Positions 1 to 12,845 are shown, counted from the stretch's first letter. The stretch is 64,000 bases of DNA from Squalus acanthias (GCA_030390025.1 CM059433.1:52390001-52454000); one strand, 5' to 3'. Notes: generated by a model from the letters alone, not told the origin. Translations and numbers: made by a program.

Positions 1-493
1 CCCCAGGACCAGATGGTTTCCATCCCAGGGTTTTAAAGGAAGTCGGTGAGCGCATTGCAGATGCCCTAATTATAATCTTCCAGGAACCATTCCTTTAGAT
101 TGGAAAATTGCACATGTCTCTCTGCTATTTAAGAATGGCGAGAGAGGGAAACCAGGGAATTATAAACCAGTTAGCCTAACATCTATTGTTGGGCAATTGC
201 TAGAGTCCATAATTAAGGATAGGGTGACTGAACACTTCAAACATTTTCAGTTGAACAGAGAAAGCCAGCATGGATTTGTGAAAGGTAGGTCATGCCTGAC
301 AAACATGATTGAATTTTTTGAGGAGGTGACTAAAGTAGTGGACAGGGGAATGTCTATGGATGTTATATATATGGACTTCCAGAAGGCATTTGATAAAGTC
401 CCACAAAGCGACTGTTAACTAAGGTAGAAGCACATGGAATTGAGGGCAAATTATTGACCTGGTTAGGAAATTGGCTGAGCGCCAGGAGACAGA
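1..493 (+). mobile_element. CR1 LINE ORF2 (RT) fragment, degenerate, interrupted by a MITE; its 3' tail reappears at ~1253-1287
   Basis: Translation [22 protein letters not shown]...DVIYMDFQKAFDKVP is typical CR1 RT; the tail GAATGGCCTACTCCTGTTCCTATGTTTCTATG matches the 3' end of the CR1 at 15081. Confidence 0.9.
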
Positions 494-1252
494 GGGGGCG
501 ATTTTGCCAGCCCTGGAGAGGCAGGTTTGGAGCGGGACTGCCGGGAAAATGGCAGAATCTGGGGGCGGGTAGCAATTCCGCCCCAACCCGTCTCCGTGCC
601 ATCTTCCCAGGAGGCGGGTACCTGACCCGTGCCGGGTCCCGTCTCCTGGAGGTGAGAAGGGGATTACAGCCACTTAACTGCCTGTTAACAGGTAGTTAAC
701 AGGCAGTTAAGAGGAGTATCCCCATTTTCCCAGCACAGGTGCGGGCTTCCCGACGTCGGGAAACCCCACCAGGGCCATTGAGGCGAGCAGTGGGTCTGCG
801 GGGTCCAAAAATGCGCTGTAGAGGTGAGTGATGGGTGAAAGTGTGGAGAGGTGAGTGAAAAGTGATAGAAAATGTTTACTTACCTTTGTTTCTTCCTGCA
901 GGCTTCAACAGTTGGGGAACCGGAGACTCCTCTCATCTCCGTGGCAGAGATGACAGAATGGCTGCTACATTCTCCGATGCGACAGCCATCTGATTTCTGC
1001 TCAGCAGACAGGTTTGATGAGTCTTGCATACAAGGACTCATCAAACAACAGAGAATGTCAGTGTTTGACAGCTTCACAGAGCTGTCAAACGATGACAATT
1101 CATCTGTCAAAATTTTTTGACAGATGAAACGTCATACGCTGACGTTCTCTGTAACCGGCTGGGTGGGCTTAACAAGGTCAATCAAGGGAAAATAGCATGG
1201 GTTGGCCACAAGTCGATGGAGGCAGGACTAAAACCCGACAAGCAGCAGTCCC
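494..1252 (+). mobile_element. Non-autonomous PIF/Harbinger-type MITE, copy 1 (right end deleted), with an internal hairpin array
   Basis: Starts GGGGGCGATTTTGCC; colinear reverse complement of 54848-55681, which has both TIRs and a TAT TSD. Confidence 0.8.
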
Positions 1253-1287
1253 GCCGAATGGCCTACTCCTGTTCCTATGTTTCTATG

Positions 1288-1473
1288 ACCGAAGCCATTG
1301 TCTTCGTTCCCGTCACAAACTCAGTTTCCAGCCACTGACTCCAGCCCTCTCCCAAGCATCTGTCTGAGGTTGAACCACACTCTTCGCAACCTTGGTGTCA
1401 TATTTGACCCTGAAATGAGCTTCCGACTACATATCCACGCCAAAACTAAGACCGCCTATTTCCACCTCCGTAA
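1288..1473 (+). mobile_element. L2-type LINE fragment (5' part, continues at 3441)
   Basis: LRNLGVIFDPEMSF...AYFHLRN motif; continues after the inserted LINE with SAAETLIRAFVTSRLDYSNALL. Confidence 0.85.
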
Positions 1474-3440
1474 CCTAAAAATGCGGTGCCAACTTGGGGA
1501 AGCTGCAACACAGGACTACATGCATGCTAAAAAGCGGAAGCAGCAAGCTATAGACAGAGCTAAGCGATCCCACAATCAACGGATCGGATCAAAGCTCTGC
1601 AGTCCTGCCACATCCAGTCGTGAATGGTGGTGGACCATTAAACAACTAACAGGAGGAGGAGACTCCATGAATATCCCCATCCTCAATGATGATGGAGCCC
1701 ACACGTGAGTGCAAAAGACAAAGCTGAAGCGTTTGCAACCATCTTCAGCCAGAAGTACTGAGTGCATGATTCATAGCAGCCTCCTTCTGAGGTCCCCACC
1801 ACCACAGATACCAGTCTTCAGCCAATTCGATTCACTCCATGTGATATCAAGAAACGGATGAACGCACTGGATACAGCAAAGGCTATGGGCCCCGACAACA
1901 TCCCGGCTGTCGTGCTGAAGACTTGTGCTCCAGAACTAGCCGCACCTCTAGCCAAGCTGTTCCAATACAGCTAGAACACTGGCATCTATCCGACAATGTG
2001 GAAAACTGCCCAGGTATGTCCTGTCCACAAAAAGCAGGACAAATCCAATCCAGCCAGTTACCACCCCATCAGTCTACTCTCAATCATCAGCAAAGTGATG
2101 GAAGGTGTTGTCGACAGTGCTATCAAGCAGCACTTACTCACCAATAACCTGCTCACTGGTGCCCAGTTGGGGTTCTGCCAGAACCACTCGGCTCCAGACC
2201 TCATTACAGCCTTGGTCCAAACATGGACAAAAGAGCTGAATTCCAGAGGTGAGGTGAGAGTGTTTGCCCTTGCCATCAAGGCAGCATTTGACTGAGTGTG
2301 GCATCAAGGAGCCATAGTAAAACGGAAGTCAATGGGAATCGGGGGGGGAGGGGGGAAATACTCTCCACTGGCTGGCGTCATACCTAGCACAAAGGAAGAT
2401 GGTTGTGGTGGTCGGAGGTCAATCATCACAGCCCCAGGAAATCGCTGCAGGAGTTCCTCAGGGCAGTGCCCTAGGCCCAATCATCTTCAACTGCTTCATC
2501 AATGACCTTCCCTCCATCATAAGGTCAGAAGTGGGGATGTTCGCTGATGATTGCACAGTGTTCAGTGCCATTCACAAATCCCCAGATAATGAAGCATTCC
2601 ATGCCTGCATGCAGCAAGACCTGGACGACATTCAGGCTTGGGCTGATAAGTGGCAGGTAACATTCACGCCACACAAGTGCCAGGCAATGACTATCTCCAA
2701 CAAGCGAGAGTCTAACCACCGCCCCTTGACATTCAACGGCATTACCATCGCTGAATCCCCCACCATCAATATCCTGGGAGTCACCATTGACCAGAAACTT
2801 AACTGGACCAGCCACATAAATACTGGGGCAACAAGAGCAGGTCAGAGGCTAGGTATTCTGTGGCGAGTGTCTCACCTCCTGACTCCTCAAAGCCTTTCTA
2901 CCATCTACAAGGCACAAGCCAGGAGTGTGATGGAATACTCTCCACTTGCCTGGATGAGTGCAGCTCCAACAACACTCAAGAAGCTCGACACCATCCAAGA
3001 CAAAGCAGCCCGCTTGATTGGCACCCCATCCACGACTTTAAACATTCACTCCTTCCACCACTGGCGTACCATGGCTGCAGTGTGTACCATCTACAAGATG
3101 TACTGCAGCAACTCGCCAAGGCCTCTTTAGCAGCACCTCCCAAACCCGCGACCTCTTCCACCGAGAAGGACAAGGACAGCAGGCGCATGGGAACACCACC
3201 ACCTCCAAGTTCCCTCCAAGTCACACACCATCCTGACTTGGAAGTATATCGCCATTCGTTCATCGTCGCTGGGTCAAAATCCTGGAACTCCCTCCCTAAC
3301 AGCACTGTGGGAGTACCTTCAGCACACGGACTGCCGCATTTCAAGAAGGCGGCTCACCACCACCTTCTCAAGGGCACCTAGGGATGGGCAATAAATTCTG
3401 GCCTTGCCAGGCACGCCCACTTCCCATGAAGGAAAATAAA
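1474..3440 (+). mobile_element. LINE 'family B' (CR1/Jockey-group RT), 5'-truncated and degenerate, inserted into L2
   Basis: RT motifs YHPISLLSIISKVME, GVPQGSALGP, MFADD; stops and frameshifts; 3' end ...GGGATGGGCAATAAAT...CCCATGAA shared with other copies. Confidence 0.9.
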
Positions 3441-4076
3441 ACATCCCTGACTCCGCTCCGCCTCAGCTCATCCGCTGCTGAAACCCTCATCCGTGCCTTT
3501 GTTACCTCTAGACTTGACTATTCCAACGCACTCCTGGCTGGCCTCCCACATTCTACCCCATGTAAACTTGAGGTCATCCAAAACTCTGCTGCCGCATCCT
3601 AACTGGCACCAAGTCCTGTTCATCCATCTTTCCTGTGCTTGCTGAACTCCATTGGCTCCCGGTAAAACAACGCCTCGACTTTAAAATTCTCATCCTTGTT
3701 TTAAAAAAATCCTCCATGGCCTCGCCCCTCCCTATATCTGTAATCTCCTTCAGTCCCACAACCCCCCGAGATATCTGTACTTCTCTAATTCTGGCCTCTT
3801 GAGCATTCGTGATTTTAATCGCTCAACCATTGATGGCCGTGCCTTCTGTTGCCTAGGCCCTAAGCTCTGGAATTCTCTGCCTAAACCTCTCCGCCTCGCT
3901 ACCTCTCTTTCTTCCTTTAAGACGCTCTTTAAAACCTACCTCTTGAACAAGGTCATCTGCCCTAATTTCTCCCTATGTGGCTTGGTGTCAAATTTTGTTT
4001 GATAACACTCCTGTGAAGCGTCTTGGGATGTTTTACTATGTTAAAGGTGCTGTATAAATACAAGTTGAAGTTGTTG
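3441..4076 (+). mobile_element. L2-type LINE 3' part
   Basis: SRLDYSN, LHWLP and GRAF..GPKLWNSLP motifs; tail ...TATAAATACAAGTTG. Confidence 0.85.
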
Positions 4077-5476
4077 AGAGGAAAAAAAGTTGTTGGAGCT
4101 AAATTTATGAGTAAGCTCCTGCATCTTTTGTGAATTTTTTTAATGTTTGTTATATAATACGTTTTACTCTTGTGGGTGTATGGTGAGTGGGTGGAAACTG
4201 TCATGGCAGCTGTATCTCAGAATTTTTTTTGATGGCATATGATTCGTTCGATTTTGCTGTGTAGAATGTGTAGAAAATGAAGCTATAGACTATGACTGGG
4301 GAGAAAATTAAAATTGTGAACAAAACTGACATAATCTGGTTGGTGACTAACAAAATTAGAACATAATTAACTAGATAGGAGTTAAATAGAGAGCACCTAA
4401 CCATCGAGGTGAAAAGAAAACAAGTCAATAACTTGACATAGACAACAGACTCGATGGTTACAACGTAGATGACAGATTCAATGTACATGACAGGCACAGA
4501 CAGAAATGTTATTATAAAGATAGATTTACAAAATAATGGAGGGATTTGCCCGAGAATTTTGTTTTTCTGTTGGCAGCCATTCACGTATGATGCTGAGGAT
4601 GAAAATTGTAGCAAGGAATTTAATTGAACTTCAGACCTGACTTTGTGCCACTAAATCCCAAATCTTAATTTAGTTTCAACATGCATACACGTTGGTGGGG
4701 AGTGGGTAACACATTACTGGCCTACCAGAAAATACTAACTTACCTTCTCCAAAACCACCAGAAACTCTAGTTATGGATTGATCAACAGATATGTAAAGTA
4801 AATGGATGCCTAGGGTTTAAATTACAAAGAGCCTCAGAACTGAATTTGTTTTCAGTGGAGAAAAGTAGATTGAGCAGAAAGTTGATCCCGGCTTTTAAAA
4901 TGCTGAGAAGAATGCATGCAATATAGCTTGCAATGTGAGTACAGAAGCCTTAAACAAGACTTGAGATTAGAGGTATTTTCCCCCCATAGAGTATGACGAT
5001 ATGTGAAATAAGCTTCCAGCAAAAGCAATTGATTCTATTGAGATCCTTATCTTTGAAAAGAACTGCCTAAATATCTGGGAATGAGAATTCCTCGGGTCAT
5101 TACATGTGGTGGCATTGTAAGCACATTCATTCAGAATGCACTTATAATATAGCTACACGTAATGACCAGAGTACTTCCCCCTCACTCTCAGTGAAGAACA
5201 GGACTGAGGATATGAAGATAAATCGGATAGAGATACTTTACAGTACCCAGTGGTTTCTATACTGATGACACCATAGCAATGTGATGCAATGGATGATTAT
5301 GGTTAGATAGATATTCTGGAGCTATGCCTGATTTAACTTTTGGACAAGAATCTTTGCACAGGAGATTAAATTGTAGAGTCCATCATATGGTCTGTAAAAG
5401 GAATGGGCCTGATGGGCTCACAAAGGTAAGGCAAGTACAGATGAGGAAGGCCTTTTCATCTACCCTTAGAAACTAT

Positions 5477-7569
5477 GGCCCTGATATTTACGGGGAGGTG
5501 GGGAAGGTGCGGGGGAGGCTAAAAACAGCTGAAGAATCGAATACGGAGATCCTGCCAATTTTAACGGCAGGACCTCATTATCATTTTTTTGCTCTGTTTC
5601 CCACCCAGCAGCTGACCAAATTTACAGCCTGGCCGGCATCCGTGAAGGAGCGCTAATGGCAGGAGGCCGCAGCATGGGACCCTTAGGGATGGCCCCCAGC
5701 AAACAGGAGGGGGAAGGTCGACAAATGGTGGGTTGGGGGGTGGGTGGCAGGTGGGAGAGAGATCGACAATCGAGAGGGGTTCGAGAGTTTGGTGATCAGG
5801 AGGGGAGGTTCGAGAGGTTGGTGATCAGGGGGGGGGATCGAGAGGTTGGTGATCAGGGGGGGGGGGATCGAGAGGTTGGTGATCAGGGGAGGTTCGAGAG
5901 GTTGGTGATCAGGAGGGGGGTCGAGAGGTCGGTGATCAGGAAGGGGGGGTCGAGAGGTTGGTGATCAGGAAGGGGGGGTCGAGAGGTTGGTGATCAGGAG
6001 GGGGGGGGTCGAGAGGTTGGTGATCAGGAGGGGGGGGGTTCGAGAGGTTGGTGATCAGGAGGGGGGTCGAGAGGTTGGTGATCAGGAGGGGGGGGTTCGA
6101 GAGGTTGGTGATCAGGAGGGGGGGGTTCGAGAGGTTGGTGATCAGGAGGGGGGTCGAGAGGTTGGTGATCACGGGGGGGTCGAGAGGTCGGTGATCAGGA
6201 GGGGGTTCGAGAGGTTGGTGATCAGGGGGGGTCGAGAGGTCGGTGATCAGGAGGGGGATCGAGAGGTTGGTGATCAGGGGGGGGTCGAGAGGTCGGTGAT
6301 CAGGGGGGGGTCGAGAGGTTGGTGATCAGGGGGGGGTCGAGAGGTCGGTGATCAGGAGGGGGTTCGAGAGGTTGGTGATCAGGAGGGGGTTCGAGAGGTT
6401 GGTGATCAGGGGGGGTCGAGAGGTCGGTGATCAGGGGGGGGTCGAGAGGTTGGTGATCAGGGGGGGGTCGAGAGGTCGGTGATCAGGGGGGGGTCGAGAG
6501 GTCGGTGATCAGGAGGGGTTCGAGAGGTCGGTGATCAGGAGGCGGGGTCGAGAGGTTGGTGATCAGGAGGGGGGGATCGAGAGGTCGGTGATCAGGGGGG
6601 GGATCGAGAGGTTGGTGATCAGGAGGGGGGTCGAGAGGTTGGTGATCAGGGGGGGGGATCGAGAGGTTGGTGATCAGGGGGGGGTCGAGAGGTTGGTGAT
6701 CGGGGGGGGGGGATCGAGAGGTTGGTGATCAGGGGTGGGGGGATCGAGAGGTTGGTGATCAGGGGGGGGGGATCGAGAGGTTGGTGATCAGGGGGGGGGA
6801 TCGAGAGGTTGGTGATCAGGGGAGGGTCGAGAGGTCGGTGATCAGGAGGGGGGGTCGAGAGGTCGGTGATCAGGAGGGGGGTCGAGAGGTTGGTGATCAG
6901 GGGGGGGGATCGAGAGGTTGGTGATCAGGGGGGGGGATCGAGAGGTTGGTGATCAGGAGGGGGGGTATCGAGAGGTCGGTGATCAGGAGGGGGGTCGAGA
7001 GGTCGGTGATCAGGAGGGGGGTCAAGAGGTCGGTGATCGGGAGGGGGGGTCGAGAGGTCGGTGATCAGGAGGCGGGGTCGAGAGGTCGGTGATCAGGAGG
7101 GGGGTCGAGAGGTCGGTGATCAGGAGGGGGATCGAGAGGTTGGTGATCAGGGGGGGGTCGAGAGGTCGGTGATCAGGAGGGGGGGTCGAGAGGTCGGTGA
7201 TCAGGAGGGGGGTCGAGAGGTTGGTGATCAGGAAGCGAGAGTCGAAGGCTTCATTGAGGGGCTGGTGGGGCCACATCTGCTCCTCCCTGCCCACAGGGAG
7301 TGCTGAGAAAGGCACTTACCTTGTGGAGTCGGCAGCTGTTGCCTCCCTTACACTGAGCCCTGGGAAGCACGCACAGCCGCAATGAATTTTAAATCGGGCT
7401 CCCAATCCCAATATGTTAATTAAGTGTCCAGCCTCTCCATGGCGGGACAACTCAGTAACCGGAGCCATAATAAAGTAGTTGGGCATGTGCGCGGCATGTT
7501 GGGGACACAGTTTCCTTATTGAAGTCTTTAACCCCCTCCGCCCAACGTGGGGGGGTAAACATCGAGGTC
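5477..7569. mobile_element. Probable Harbinger-type MITE containing a G-rich minisatellite
   Basis: Imperfect TIRs GGCCCTGATATTTAC / GTAAACATCGAGGTC, flanked by TAT and TGT; GC-rich subtermini. Confidence 0.5.
5761..7232 (+). repeat. G-rich minisatellite, ~24-29-bp unit GATCAG(n)TCGAGAGGTYGGT, roughly 50 or more copies
   Basis: Directly visible tandem array with variable G-run length. Confidence 0.97.
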
Positions 7570-8011
7570 TGTGATTCCCCCATCACAAGTGCTTTTGCCT
7601 CTGATACTCTGTATGGAAGACAATTCTAGGTAATGATCACTGTTTGCATGACAAGTTTTTTCTGACAAACGTCTTGAACTTGCCTTTTACCAGTTCATGT
7701 CACCCGGTGGTGTCGTGGCAATTTTAGAATTGAGTGCACTGTATATCACTTACCATATTTATATTTGAGGGAGGACAGGGGATGGCCGCTAATATTTCTG
7801 ATTTTTGACACTTTGGTGTTTTTTGGAGTCGATGTTTTATATATACATAAATATTTTCTCATGTGTTCACTACTTCATATGAGAGAAGAATTGATGTTTT
7901 GGTTATTTATTATTGCCAAAATAATGTACTTGATTTTTGTTCCCTGCTATAAACCACAATACTTTTCTCAACCTAGAAATTATTCTCTCATTGCTACTAT
8001 ACTCCCAGTTT

Positions 8012-8300
8012 AGTAGCATCTGCAAATTTGACTAAATTGTAATTTGCTTTGAATCCAGGTTAATATGTAAATTAGTAAAAGTAAGGAGGGCCTCTGTAGC
8101 AATCTCTGACGCCTTCCACTCGATACCAATATCACCCCTAACTCCTACCAACTGCCTTCTCTCTTTCAGCCAATTTCTAATCCAAATGCAGGTTTTACCA
8201 AGGATAACAACTGTCTTTAGCTTGTGTAACAGCCTTTCATGTAGAACGTTATCAAAAGCTTTCTGGAAATCCAGGTATACTGTGTCAAAGGGCTCATCAG
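8012..8300 (-). mobile_element. Old CR1 RT fragment
   Basis: DTVYLDFQKAFDNV...WIRNWL. Confidence 0.75.
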
Positions 8301-10109
8301 TCAACTGCTTGGTCATACAGGATATCACCCAACTGAAACAATGTTAACGGTCATTTATTAGGTTAGTGTTATGCAATTAATCCTTGAATGAATGGCTTTT
8401 TTGCCATTCAACACTCTTATGTTATAATGATAAACTGTACTTTACGACTGGTACTTCCTGAACAAAATTCAATCTCCATGATATCATTTTCATTTATGCT
8501 TCTTCTGATCCATTCTCCTTAAACTATATTGTAAGTCAAAGTGTGTGCACATCACAAATATTTTGTGGTCATTAAAATGTTTCTGCTTGTACTCTAATAT
8601 ATATCTACTTTGGCATCTGCTGTAAAGTATTGGCATGTCAATGAAAATGTTAGTAATCTAAAATATTTCTGATTTAAATTATACTTTGTGAAAATTTGTT
8701 AAAATGGCAAATGTTCCGAGCTTTATGGATTTCTGTTAAAATGTTTTGATATTAGCCCTGCGTAGCTGAGTTTCAAACCATCCATTATATCTGCAGAAAA
8801 GTACTCAGTTTGGAAAACAGCAGATGAAGCGTGCATGCCAAAGGCACTGAAGTGGAATTTCAGCTCACTCGATAGTGTGAAAGAAGTGAAAATTTCAATT
8901 TCTCCAAGGTTAATATGCATTGCTAACCTGAACATGACATTCTGTGATGCATTTAAAATCGTACTTAACTATGTGATCACCAAACTAGTATTCCAGTAAC
9001 CCAATTCCAATATTTGTGGAGATGTTCAAAATGTATTTTCCTTCTCAATAGATAAATAACTGTTTTCCCTCCCAAATTGATGGTAAAAAAGCACATTCAC
9101 TAACACATCCGATTTAAAAATCATATAATGACAATTTAGTCCTTGCACATTTGTGGAATATTTATGGAGCATTTTATGGAGAGTATTATTTTTTTTTACT
9201 GTATTTGAAGTAATAAATGATTTTAATAAGGCCATTTTAAAAATGGCATAAGATGTCAAATCAAATGGAATTTTCATCCTAGTGGAATAAAATTAACTGC
9301 TGTAATAAGACTTCTTAAAAAAAGTGGTATTAGTATATGAACACAACGCACTGGTATGATATTACTTTGTCTGCTTTTTTGATGGCGAGGCTAATCTGTG
9401 GGTTAAAGCCTCTGTTAAATTACTGGTCAAACTGATGTTGCACGAATGCCAATATCGTACACAGCAATTTCTAATCTATAGGGAACAATATTTTGGTTCT
9501 GGCACAGTGGTAGCAAGACTCCTATTTCTTGGGTGCTGTGCAAATCTGTCGTGCAGGCAACTGACCTTCCATTATAGGGCCTGAAATCAAGGCACTGTGC
9601 AGCATTTGATTGACTGGGAACGCCCTGGGTTCAAGGACCAGGTTATCCAATGCTAAAGGGCTGATGATTGCCCTTAAAACTGTCCTGCCTGTGAAGAGGG
9701 GCAGAAGGTGTTGCAGCAAATGTATGTGCTAGAACAGCTCCATTTAATGATTCCCAAGCTTGCTGAAGCCGGAAGAGATAGCCTTTTCCAATAGGGAATC
9801 TCAGGATTCTAGAACAGCAGTCTGAGCATTCATGGCAGATGCACAAACACTACCCTAGGACCTCTAGCATTGAGTGCTCCACTGCAGATATCCATGGGGT
9901 TGCCTCATGCTCCATGGATATCTGCAGTGTTGTGAAACCATCACGCAACCGGCATACATGCAGCCAGTGCACTATTGCACCCAAGCTGCTATCTACAGCA
10001 CACAATTCCCAAAGACTCCACCAGTGCTTGCTGCTTAAAAACATCTTTTAACAGTCCAGATTATCAGAGTCATCAGCCAAGACAGGACACATACTCACCC
10101 TCTAGACAG

Positions 10110-10442
10110 AAATAACAACAGAAAATGCTGGAAAAACTCAGCAGGCCAGGCAGCATCCGTGGAGAGAGAAACAGAGTTAACGTTTCAGGTCGAAGACCCT
10201 TCGTCAGAACTGGAAAAAAGCAGGAAATGAAATAGATTTAAAGCAAGTATAATGCTGGGAAAAGGGGGAGGGGTTGAAAGAACAAAAGGGAAGGTCAGTG
10301 GTAGTATAGAAGGCAGGAGAGATTAAGAGACATTGAGAGACATTAAGAGATATTCAAGGCGAGAGGAGGTGGTAATGTGACAGGTTGAGGCTAGATAAAG
10401 TGTGAAATGCGCTGGCGGAATGAAGGACAGCTGCCAGCTTCT
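10110..10442 (-). mobile_element. Penelope-like element terminal (pLTR/3') fragment
   Basis: Nearly identical to 51461-51792, which adjoins Penelope C-terminal coding sequence; contains a hammerhead core. Confidence 0.8.
10175..10211 (-). ncRNA. Minimal type I hammerhead ribozyme motif
   Basis: Minus strand reads AGTT-CTGACGA-AGGGTCTTCGACCT-GAAAC-GTT-AACT: CUGANGA and GAAA cores, stem II, short stem I, palindromic stem III. Confidence 0.7.
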
Positions 10443-11491
10443 AGACAACTGGTTCCTCCTCCTCTCCTACCACCACCAGCTGATCCTGCTCACTCACTCT
10501 CTGTATCTCACCCAAAGCACTCCTCGCTGGATCATTGTCTTGCTTCCCCAGGGTGGTTATATCTTAGTTGGTGGCCTGTGATAGTGATTGCAGGTGCTCT
10601 TGTCCTCTTCTTCACTACCCTCAAAGGAATTTCTATGACCCCATTACAGAAACAGAATCTATCACCCTGCAGGCCTTCCAGATTTTTTTATAAGTAAGAA
10701 GCTTTCTGTCTTCCAAATTTTACAAATCCCAAAGCCTGCCCCTTTAAGCTGCTGCACGACCTTAAATCCTGTAGCAGAACACAAATTCCTACCCACCAAC
10801 AGCCGAGCTTCCAATTGCAATAATTTTTCACAGTATTTAACTGATAGTGACCCTGAAAACAAATGCAGGGTCGGCACACGGCTGGATGGGATTCTGCACA
10901 GCCCCACTTCCAGTTAGACTTTGGCTATAGTACTAATGCTCATTCTGACTAATACCAAAAGGGTACAATTATTTTGTTTTATTAATTTTGTTGGATCGTA
11001 CATCATTAGAGGTACAACTTCTTTGCAAGAGCATGTTTTTTTTCTTTCGGCTTTCCCAGAACATTAGCCAAGACGGGGAGCCTCATTAAAAAATAAGTAC
11101 ATGGCAAGGGTCCAAAATGCAAATTGCAACCAATGTATCCCCACAATTCCATCGTGAACTTACATTTTAAATACCAGAGCAAATAACTCATCTAAACTAC
11201 AGATGACCATTCCTTCAAAAAAGCCGTTTTGTGGTAGCAACCCCTGAACCTTTACTAATTACTTGTTTCATTGATGATCATGGGAATACAGATACACATT
11301 AGGGAGAAGTTTTCACATTTTTAAGTGCTGTTTTGGGGCCTGTCCAAAGAAAAAATAATGAAAAGTTTGGGTTTCTGACAAAGCTGAACCTCAATCCCAA
11401 TTACGTGACATTCACGCCATTATAGATTAAACTTCCAGGAAATACAGATACAAAACTCTGTACCAGAGGATTAGGCAGAGAGTGTCTTTGT

Positions 11492-11946
11492 GTGCCAGCC
11501 GTGGCTCAGTTGGCAGCACCATCACTTCTGAGTCAGAAGGTCGTGGGTTCAAGTCCCACTCCAGAGACTTGAGCACAAAAATCTAGGCTGACACTCCAGT
11601 ACAGTGCTGAGGGAGTGCTGCACTGTCGGAGGTGCCGTCTTTCAGATGAGACGTTAAATCAAGGCCTCGTCTGCTCTCTCAGGTGGATTTAAAAGATCCC
11701 ATGGCACTATTTCAAAGAAGAGCAGGGGAGTTATCCCCGATGTCCTAGCCAATACTTATCCCTCAACCAACATCATAGACCAGATTATCTAGTCATTATC
11801 ACATTGCTGTTTGTGGGAGCTTGCTGTGTGCAATTTGGCTGCTGTGTTTCCCACATTACAACAGTGACTATACTTCATTGGCTGTAAATCATTGTGGAAT
11901 TTCCAGTGGTCGTGAAAGGCACTATATAAATGCAAGTCTTTCTTTT
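11492..11946 (+). mobile_element. tRNA-derived Deu-domain SINE (SacSINE1/DeuSINE-like)
   Basis: A box TGGCTCAGTTGG, B box GGTTCAAGTCC, Deu-like core GTCGGAGGTGCCGTCTTTCAGATGAGACGTTAAA, L2-like tail TATATAAATGCAAGTCTTTC. Confidence 0.85.
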
Positions 11947-12310
11947 TCAACTATCTTTGCTAAATTAAAAACTAACACTATCACTGTAACTGTAGTTATG
12001 GCAGTCATTTGTCTATGATATTGAGGATATTTGTGCCTACAAAGTTAAATGACAAGTCAATTTTGAAGGCCATTTTTTTCTTTTTGTGCATGGGTACTAC
12101 TATTCTATTTAAAGTAAGAAACATATTGTCCTCACAATATATAAATTAGGGCAAACTAGGTATACAGTAAATTATTCTGAACTGATCCAGAATGGATCAC
12201 TTTGTGATTAAAATTCAATTTAGTGTTGATCTAAATGCATTAAATAAACCAACCAACCACAGAAATGTTTTGAAAATGCCATCCTAGATTGTGACTATAA
12301 AATCAAAGAT

Positions 12311-12845
12311 GAGGGAATTTTTCTCCATGATCCCACTCAAAATTATTGGGACCACCACTGCTTGCTCCTTTCCTGCCCACTGCATTGCAAATGGTGGCAG
12401 GAGACAGGGCCTGGGTCTGTCTTTCCACCCATGTTACTGCTGTATCCCAGGGCCACCATGGGGGAAGTTGGCAGTGAGTCCTAGGAAGCAGTGGTAACTG
12501 CCCTGAGGTGCCCCCAAGGCAGAATAGGGCCGTGTAGTGGCCTCATTTCCTTTTGTTCCGTCTCCAATGATTTACCTGTTAAAGGCTTTGTTCTCTGCTG
12601 AAGCCTTTAGTAGATCATTGTTTCATGTCTTCAGAAAGCTCTACTTCTTTAAGGACAATTCCTGCATCTTCTGTCCATCTTTCCTCCTTCACACTGCAGG
12701 CTCCTTCTTGGTGGCAGGAGACCGCCGTGCATACTTAATAAGTCTTGACCCAGGAAAATGGGTTTGGGCTGGGTGGATACAAAGGGGCGGGTAGAAATCC
12801 CACCACACTGGAACTCCGCCCTGAAGAGGAAAATCCCCCCCCCCC
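12311..12845. mobile_element. Possible old MITE
   Basis: Imperfect TIRs GAGGGAATTTTTCTC / GAGGAAAATCCCCC around a GC-richer interior. Confidence 0.3.

Noticed and set aside
1012-1045. Hammerhead core in the MITE hairpin (TTTGATGAGTC...)
   Set aside because: It lacks CUGA and a correctly placed GAAA; it is a simple hairpin
4201-4614. 137-aa hydrophobic ORF resembling a membrane protein
   Set aside because: It reflects T-rich composition, with no recognisable domain or splice context
5761-7232. CRISPR-like array or coding ORFs in the G-rich repeat
   Set aside because: There are no unique spacers and no cas genes, the context is vertebrate, and the ORFs are by-products of the tandem repeat
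11492-11570. tRNA gene
   Set aside because: It is a SINE head followed by a Deu core and LINE tail, without a proper cloverleaf
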